From positions 1 to 5,241 of the forward strand of contig CAZDOL010000011.1 in NCBI GenBank assembly GCA_964507075.1: a stretch of 5,241 nucleotides of DNA, read 5' to 3'. Positions 1 through 3,667 of this stretch are shown here, piece after piece (positions within the stretch are counted from its first letter, which is position 1; every line of letters begins with the position of its first letter). The translations under genes and the position numbers were made by a program. The notes beneath the pieces are model-generated. The model saw nothing but the letters and a program-made list of their open reading frames with translations. It searched no databases and was not told the DNA's origin. The DNA is from an uncultured Gammaproteobacteria bacterium (GTDB taxonomy: Bacteria > Patescibacteriota > Patescibacteriia > UBA2591 > UBA6264).

Positions 1-18
1 AATTTTAAAGAATTCTAA

Positions 19-51
19 AAAAAGTTTGGTGGCCGAGCCACCAAACTTTTT
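19..51. terminator. Symmetric (bidirectional-type) intrinsic terminator hairpin, copy A: AAAAAGTTTGGTGGC-cga-GCCACCAAACTTTTT
   Basis: Perfect 15-bp stem. The core pairs g24-c33 with g37-c46, and A19-23 pairs with T47-51. The loop is 3 nt (34-36). An A5 run 5' and a T5 run 3' would let it terminate transcription from either direction. It probably ends an unseen upstream gene. Confidence 0.8.
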
Positions 52-54
52 GTC

Positions 55-83
55 TTGACAAAAAGGGGGAATTATGCTATTCT
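55..83 (+). promoter_or_regulatory. Sigma70-type promoter: -35 TTGACA (55-60), 17-nt spacer, extended -10 TGcTATTCT (75-83)
   Basis: Consensus -35 hexamer, optimal 17-nt spacing, a TG at 75-76 one base upstream of the -10 TATTCT (78-83). It lies about 60 nt upstream of the 142 start codon. Confidence 0.65.
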
Positions 84-141
84 TTTAAATAAGATTCGTT
101 CTTTCAAAAGAAAAACGAACAAAAAAAGAAAAGGAGAAATC

Positions 142-720
142 ATGAAAAAGACAATTGTTTTTTCAATGATTATTGCAGTTTTTTTTACAGCTAACCTGTT
201 TGCTGGGAATTTTTTCCTCGCAAAACTATCACATGAAGGGTCCCTCATTTTTGGATGGGACCATATGGAAAAGAACTGGCTGACCGAGGTGGTGGTCAGC
301 GCAGATGGTGATTTGTTCATGGTTGGTGTTGGACCAATGTTTGATATTGGTTCCGTTAGTTTTAATTCACCCTTGTTGCTCACTTTAGAAGATAATGGCA
401 TCAGCGATGAATTTGATTTAGCGCCTAGAATTGATATTGCCATTGGCAAGTGTCTGATTCAGAACTGGAATGACATTGTTTTTGCTGCTAAGTATTTTGA
501 TTCATGGAGTACTGACAACAGAATATTGTATCAGTTATCTCCGGACCACAAACTGGGGTTGAACTTTCTTACGTCCATGGGTGGAGGCGAGAGTTACAGT
601 TTGGGATTACTTCATCAGTATAAGATAAATGATATTTTCACTGTTGCTTCTTTCGCCGGTTATAATATAACTGATGAAGAAACGAAAGCCTGGGTTAAAC
701 TCAAATTCTTTCTTCCATAA
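142..720 (+). CDS. Hypothetical secreted protein (192 aa), beta-strand-rich, no family recognised
   Basis: ATG at 142 is preceded by AAGGAG (131-136) with 5-nt spacing. The N-terminus MKKTIVFSMIIAVFFTANLFA is a classic signal peptide. The ORF-track start at 55 lies inside the promoter and would add a Lys/Arg-rich, non-signal extension. The mature part has alternating hydrophobic/polar strand-like segments and ends in ...WVKLKFFLP. Confidence 0.75.
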   Translation: MKKTIVFSMIIAVFFTANLFAGNFFLAKLSHEGSLIFGWDHMEKNWLTEVVVSADGDLFMVGVGPMFDIGSVSFNSPLLLTLEDNGISDEFDLAPRIDIAIGKCLIQNWNDIVFAAKYFDSWSTDNRILYQLSPDHKLGLNFLTSMGGGESYSLGLLHQYKINDIFTVASFAGYNITDEETKAWVKLKFFLP

Positions 721-744
721 TCAACAATTTTACAACAAGACAAC

Positions 745-769
745 AAGCCCGTCATATTATGGCGGGCTT
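745..769 (+). terminator. GC-stem hairpin after the secreted-protein gene (AAGCCCGTCAT-att-ATGGCGGGCTT), no clear U-tract
   Basis: 11-bp stem with one G.U wobble (t752-g762) and a 3-nt loop, 25 nt past the stop codon. The downstream sequence is cactcgttgtg, so there is no canonical T-run. It could be a weak terminator or an mRNA 3'-stabilising hairpin. Confidence 0.5.
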
Positions 770-776
770 CACTCGT

Positions 777-785
777 TGTGGATAA
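777..785 (-). promoter_or_regulatory. Perfect DnaA-box consensus 9-mer (TTATCCACA on the minus strand; TGTGGATAA as written)
   Basis: Exact 9/9 match to the widely conserved DnaA box, 7 nt upstream of the -35 hexamer at 792-797. I found no second good box in the window, so this is not an origin. Confidence 0.4.
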
Positions 786-791
786 CTTTTG

Positions 792-820
792 TTGACTATT
801 AATAGTTATGGGTATATAAT
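792..820 (+). promoter_or_regulatory. Near-consensus sigma70 promoter: -35 TTGACT (792-797), 17-nt spacer, -10 TATAAT (815-820)
   Basis: 5/6 match at -35, 6/6 at -10, and optimal spacing. It sits about 50 nt upstream of the DUF5320 start codon. Confidence 0.75.
795..806. promoter_or_regulatory. Perfect 12-bp palindrome ACTATTAATAGT overlapping the -35 and spacer; candidate operator
   Basis: All six pairs are complementary: a795-t806, c796-g805, t797-a804, a798-t803, t799-a802, t800-a801. A bound dimer here would occlude RNA polymerase. Confidence 0.35.
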
Positions 821-869
821 CAAAACATAGTCGACACATTTTTTAATTAATTTTTTAAACAATAAATAT

Positions 870-1100
870 ATGCCAAGATATGATGGAAATGGTCCTGCCG
901 GTATGGGTCCTGGAACAGGATGGGGGAGAGGCCCTTGCGGAGCTGGTCGTGGATTCAATAGAGGATTTGGTGGTGGATTCGGCTCTCGCCGATTCTGGAC
1001 CAAGTCAGAAGAAAAAGAATCATTACAAGGAGAGAAAGAGATGCTAGAAAACGAAATGAAAGCAATCAAAGAACGCTTAGATGAATTAAAAAATAAATAA
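870..1100 (+). CDS. DUF5320 family protein (76 aa): Gly/Arg-rich N-terminal half plus C-terminal coiled coil
   Basis: The N-terminus MPRYDGNGPAGMGPGTGWGRGPCGAG matches the DUF5320 signature as I remember it (MPRxDGTGPxGxGPxTGRGxGxC). The C-terminus SEEKESLQGEKEMLENEMKAIKERLDELKNK is heptad-like. The gene ends in tandem stops, TAA TAA. No SD is visible. Confidence 0.88.
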   Translation: MPRYDGNGPAGMGPGTGWGRGPCGAGRGFNRGFGGGFGSRRFWTKSEEKESLQGEKEMLENEMKAIKERLDELKNK

Positions 1101-1109
1101 TAAAAAAGT

Positions 1110-1150
1110 AAACATTGTCTTATCTTGTTTGTTGATATGAGGCAATGTTT
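1110..1150 (+). other. Imperfect long stem-loop between the DUF5320 and thioredoxin genes
   Basis: AAACATTGTCT (1110-1120) pairs with AGGCAATGTTT (1140-1150): 11 bp with one G.U. An inner TATC (1121-1124) pairs with GATA (1134-1137). On the + strand it is followed by ggtgtag, so there is no good U-tract. On the minus strand it would be followed by a T6 run. Confidence 0.5.
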
Positions 1151-1160
1151 GGTGTAGAAT
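1132..1160 (+). promoter_or_regulatory. Candidate internal promoter: TTGATA (1132-1137), 17-nt spacer, TAGAAT (1155-1160)
   Basis: 4-5/6 matches at each hexamer with 17-nt spacing, about 25 nt upstream of the trx ATG. It is embedded in the 3' half of the stem-loop. Such matches also arise by chance in AT-rich DNA. Confidence 0.35.
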
Positions 1161-1184
1161 TAATAAAAAAATAAAATTAAGTTT

Positions 1185-1514
1185 ATGTCTAAAATTATTG
1201 AATTAACAGACCAAAATTTTGATAAAGAGGTTTTGCAATCTGACATCCCAATTTTAGTAGATTTCTGGGCTCCGTGGTGCCAGCCTTGTTTAATGATGTC
1301 CCCAATATTAGATGAGTTAGCAAAAGAATTAGATGGTAAAATTAAAATTGCTAAACTTAATACTGAGATTCCTAGCCATCAGCAAATGGCCGTGCAATAT
1401 GATATTCGCAGCATTCCTAATATGAAATTTTTTAAAGACGGAAAGGTGATTAAAGAATTTATTGGTTTGCGCTCTAAAGAAATGCTTAAAACAGAATTAG
1501 AAACAGAAATTTAG
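1185..1514 (+). CDS. trxA: Thioredoxin (109 aa) with atypical active site WCQPC
   Basis: Collinear with E. coli TrxA by eye: KIIELTDQNFDKEVLQSDIPILVDFWAPWCQPC..., IRSIP (cis-Pro) and FKDGK. The active-site Cys residues are C32 and C35 (nt 1278-1289), with Gln replacing the canonical Gly of CGPC. Confidence 0.95.
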   Translation: MSKIIELTDQNFDKEVLQSDIPILVDFWAPWCQPCLMMSPILDELAKELDGKIKIAKLNTEIPSHQQMAVQYDIRSIPNMKFFKDGKVIKEFIGLRSKEMLKTELETEI

Positions 1515-1554
1515 GATTTTTTAACAAATATATAAGTTTTAAATTATAAACAAA

Positions 1555-1917
1555 ATGAAAATTTGTATTTCATCAATTGGAAAAAATCTTTCTTCTGCTA
1601 TTGACCCAAAATTTGGAAGATGCGCCTATTTTTTAATTATGGATTCTGAAGAGAGAGAAAAGTTTGAAGTTATTGAAAACACAGGAACTCAATCTCAACA
1701 TGGGGCTGGTGTCACAGCTGCTCAAATTGTAGCTGACAAAAAGGTAGATATTGTTATTTCCGGGAATTTCGGACCAAATGCTTATCTTGTTCTATCCCAA
1801 GCTGGCATTAAGTGTTATACCGTCTCCGGCTCTATGTCTGTGAAGGAAGCATTAGAATCTTTAAAACAAGGTGAACTTCAGGAATTAGTTAGGTCACCCT
1901 CATCTCATTATAGATAG
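1555..1917 (+). CDS. NifX/NifB-C-terminal-like 'dinitrogenase iron-molybdenum cofactor biosynthesis' domain protein (120 aa), orange-protein-like
   Basis: MKICISS...KFGRCAYFLIMD...HGAGVTAAQIVADKKVDIVISGNFGPNAYLVLSQAGIKCY follows the family pattern: HFGRA..F.i.d, then G.G..aa..l...gv..vi.g.iG..a...L...GI.v. The size is typical of stand-alone NifX-fold proteins. Confidence 0.88.
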   Translation: MKICISSIGKNLSSAIDPKFGRCAYFLIMDSEEREKFEVIENTGTQSQHGAGVTAAQIVADKKVDIVISGNFGPNAYLVLSQAGIKCYTVSGSMSVKEALESLKQGELQELVRSPSSHYR

Positions 1918-1923
1918 AATTTA

Positions 1924-2805
1924 ATGGCAACAGAAAAAATTCAAAAAATTGCTATTACCGGCGGTAAGGGCGGAACAGGCAAATCTACCTTTTCTGTTTT
2001 ATTAGCTAATAAATTAATTAAACAAGGCCATAAAGTGGTTTTAGTTGATGTTGATGTAGAATGCCCGAATGATTATTTGTTAGTAAATCAAAAGCTTGAA
2101 AAAATAGCAAAGTTTGTTTATACTAAATTTCCTAAATTAGACAAAAGAAAATGTCGGAAATGCGGTTTATGTGTCGAATCGTGTAAAAGTAATGCTATAT
2201 TTCAAGCACCCGGCAAATATCCAATATTTTTACCAGAGCTTTGCGCTGGTTGTGGTGTTTGTTGGCTAACTTGCCCATACAACGCCATAAGGCCCCAAAA
2301 AGTAAAAACAGGGAAAATTTTTGTTAATAAAGTCAAAAGGAATTTATGGTTGATTACAGGACAAACTAATCCAGGATTAGAAGAAACAGGTCCGGCCGTA
2401 GCACAAGTAAAAAAGTTTGCTTTGCAATTTGCTAAAAAGAAAAATATTGATATGGTTTTATTTGATACAGCTGCTGGAATTCATTGTCCCGTAATTCAGG
2501 CATTGATTGGTGTAGATTTAGCTTATGCCGTGACAGAACCAACGCCAATGGGCGCTTATGATTTAGAATCAATATTAAGTTTATCTCAAAAATTGAAAAT
2601 ACGCATTAAAGTAATTTTGAATCAAGCAAATTTAGGCAGCAAAAAGCTCGTTGAGAAAGTTGTCAATAAATATAAAACTAAAATAATCAATGAGATTCCT
2701 TATTCCAAAAATTTAGCACAAGCATATTCTATGGGACAACTCTTGAATTTAAAATGTGATTTTAAGATTAAAATAGAGAAAAATTTTTATGAAAAAAAAA
2801 TTTAA
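1924..2805 (+). CDS. MinD/ParA/Mrp-type P-loop ATPase with inserted 2x[4Fe-4S] ferredoxin domain (293 aa), paralogue 1
   Basis: Deviant Walker A GGKGGTGKST (nt 1960-1989). Two ferredoxin motifs, CRKCGLCVESC and CAGCGVCWLTCP (C77-C117, nt 2152-2274). Walker B-like VLFDTAAG followed by a conserved HCPV Cys (C188, nt 2485-2487). The start is 6 nt after the preceding stop. Confidence 0.93.
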   Translation: MATEKIQKIAITGGKGGTGKSTFSVLLANKLIKQGHKVVLVDVDVECPNDYLLVNQKLEKIAKFVYTKFPKLDKRKCRKCGLCVESCKSNAIFQAPGKYPIFLPELCAGCGVCWLTCPYNAIRPQKVKTGKIFVNKVKRNLWLITGQTNPGLEETGPAVAQVKKFALQFAKKKNIDMVLFDTAAGIHCPVIQALIGVDLAYAVTEPTPMGAYDLESILSLSQKLKIRIKVILNQANLGSKKLVEKVVNKYKTKIINEIPYSKNLAQAYSMGQLLNLKCDFKIKIEKNFYEKKI

Positions 2806-3667
2806 AATAGCGATTGCTTCAGGGAAGGGCGGAGTCGGCAAGAGTATGCTCACTTCGTCGTTATCTACTTTGTTTAGCCAAAAGTATAAAGTTGTAGCCA
2901 TAGATGCTGATGTTGATGCTCCGAATTTAGCTATTTGGTTAGGAGAAATTGGTAAATGGAACAAAATAGAAAAAATTAGCGTTTCGTCCAAACCGATTTT
3001 TGATTATAATAAATGTAATGGTTGTGGTAAGTGTGCTCAGATTTGTCAATTTAGCGCTATAAAAATGGTATCAGGGAGACCACAATTAGAGCCCTTTACT
3101 TGCGAGGGGTGTGGGGCTTGTGAAATTATTTGTCCCCAAAAAGCTATTAATTTTAAGCCAGTCAATAGTGGTAAAATAAAAATAAAAAATACAAAATATG
3201 GCTTTTTTTTAATATCTGGTGAGCTTATGCCGGGGGAGATAGGTTCTGGTAAAATAATTTCAAAAATAAAGGAAATAGCCGAAGAATATGATTATGAAAT
3301 TATGCTTATAGACTCTTCTCCTGGTACTGGTTGCCCTGTTATCGCTTCGTTACAAGGAGTTGATTTTGTGGCCTTAGTAACCGAGCCAACGCCTTCAGCA
3401 TTTTCCGATTTAAAAAGAGTTTTAAAAGTAGTTAATTATTTTAAATTACCATGGGGATTAATAATCAATAAAAAAGATATCAACAAGACATTAAGCAGCA
3501 GAATTGATAAATGGGCTAAAGGGAGGAAATTAGGTGACATTTCTTATGACCAAAATATCTTTAAAGCTATTGCTGACTTTAAACCAATAATGGAAACCGA
3601 TTTAACAGCTAAAGAGGAAATCAAAACTATTTTTAATAAATTACTTCTTAAGATTCGAAATATATGA
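2789..3667 (+). CDS. MinD/ParA/Mrp-type P-loop ATPase with inserted 2x[4Fe-4S] ferredoxin domain (292 aa), paralogue 2
   Basis: Walker A SGKGGVGKSM (nt 2819-2848). CNGCGKCAQIC and CEGCGACEIICP (C76-C115, nt 3014-3133). LIDSSPGTGCPV (C182, nt 3332-3334). The N-terminus MKKKFKIAIASGKGG parallels paralogue 1, which supports the 2789 start and a 17-nt overlap with the upstream gene. Confidence 0.93.
   Translation: MKKKFKIAIASGKGGVGKSMLTSSLSTLFSQKYKVVAIDADVDAPNLAIWLGEIGKWNKIEKISVSSKPIFDYNKCNGCGKCAQICQFSAIKMVSGRPQLEPFTCEGCGACEIICPQKAINFKPVNSGKIKIKNTKYGFFLISGELMPGEIGSGKIISKIKEIAEEYDYEIMLIDSSPGTGCPVIASLQGVDFVALVTEPTPSAFSDLKRVLKVVNYFKLPWGLIINKKDINKTLSSRIDKWAKGRKLGDISYDQNIFKAIADFKPIMETDLTAKEEIKTIFNKLLLKIRNI

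Larger units (their letters stand above)
19..83 (+). repeat. Hairpin+promoter 'punctuation' module, copy A (partner at 5021-5085)
   Basis: Ungapped alignment with 5021-5085 (offset 5002) gives 49/65 identical positions by hand count. The hairpin part is 29/33 identical. The G after the T-tract, the 2-nt gap, the -35 (TTGACA vs TTGCCA), the following AAAAG and the -10 position are all in register. Confidence 0.75.

Noticed and set aside
30-41. GTGGCCGAGCCAC resembles the GGCCGAGCGG D-arm of tRNA-Ser/Leu (also at 5032-5043)
   Set aside because: Only the short core matches. The surrounding sequence folds as a simple A5/T5-flanked hairpin, with no acceptor, anticodon or T-arm, so it is not a tRNA or tRNA fragment.
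95-119. Small hairpin TTCGTT...AACGAA in the 5' UTR of the first gene
   Set aside because: It has only 6 contiguous bp plus a few A-U pairs with a mismatch. It is weak, shows no conserved riboswitch-like features, and is easily produced by chance in A/T-rich leader sequence.
55-141. N-terminal extension of the first ORF (track start at 55, MTKRGNYAILLNKIRSFKRKTNKKRKGEI...)
   Set aside because: The 55 start codon lies inside the -35 hexamer of the promoter and has no RBS. The ATG at 142 has AAGGAG at ideal spacing and begins a textbook signal peptide, so the extension is almost certainly untranslated leader.
278-299. GCTGACC-N8-GGTCAGC inverted repeat inside the first CDS
   Set aside because: It has a 7-bp stem within coding sequence, no flanking signals and no second copy. 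It is most simply explained by codon content (LTEVVVS).
72-449. 125-aa antisense ORF opposite the secreted-protein gene
   Set aside because: It lies entirely within a better-supported + strand gene and its promoter. It has no RBS or promoter, its composition is low-complexity, and it resembles no recognisable family.
444-462. TGGCAAGTGTCTGATTC as a sigma54 (-24/-12) promoter, considered because Desulfovibrio orp operons are sigma54-dependent
   Set aside because: The -12 element lacks the GC of TTGC at the required spacing, and the site lies inside a coding region. No convincing TGGCAC-N5-TTGCW was found upstream of the cluster, which instead has good sigma70 hexamers.
806-1069. 87-aa antisense ORF, Pro-rich (PNPPPNPLLNPRPAPQGPLPHPVPGPIPAGP)
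   Set aside because: The Pro-rich string is simply the reverse-complement reading of the Gly-rich DUF5320 codons (GGN read as NCC). The ORF also runs across the + strand promoter. It is a shadow ORF.
1521-1550. TTAACA-18-TATAAA promoter-like match between trx and the NifX-like gene
   Set aside because: The -10 ends only 4 nt before the ATG at 1555, so the transcript would begin at or beyond the start codon. The hexamers are weak and the region is nearly pure A/T, so it is likely chance.
2749-2991. 80-aa antisense ORF across the MinD-Fd paralogue junction
   Set aside because: It overlaps two strongly supported + strand genes, including their Walker A region, and has no start signals or family resemblance.
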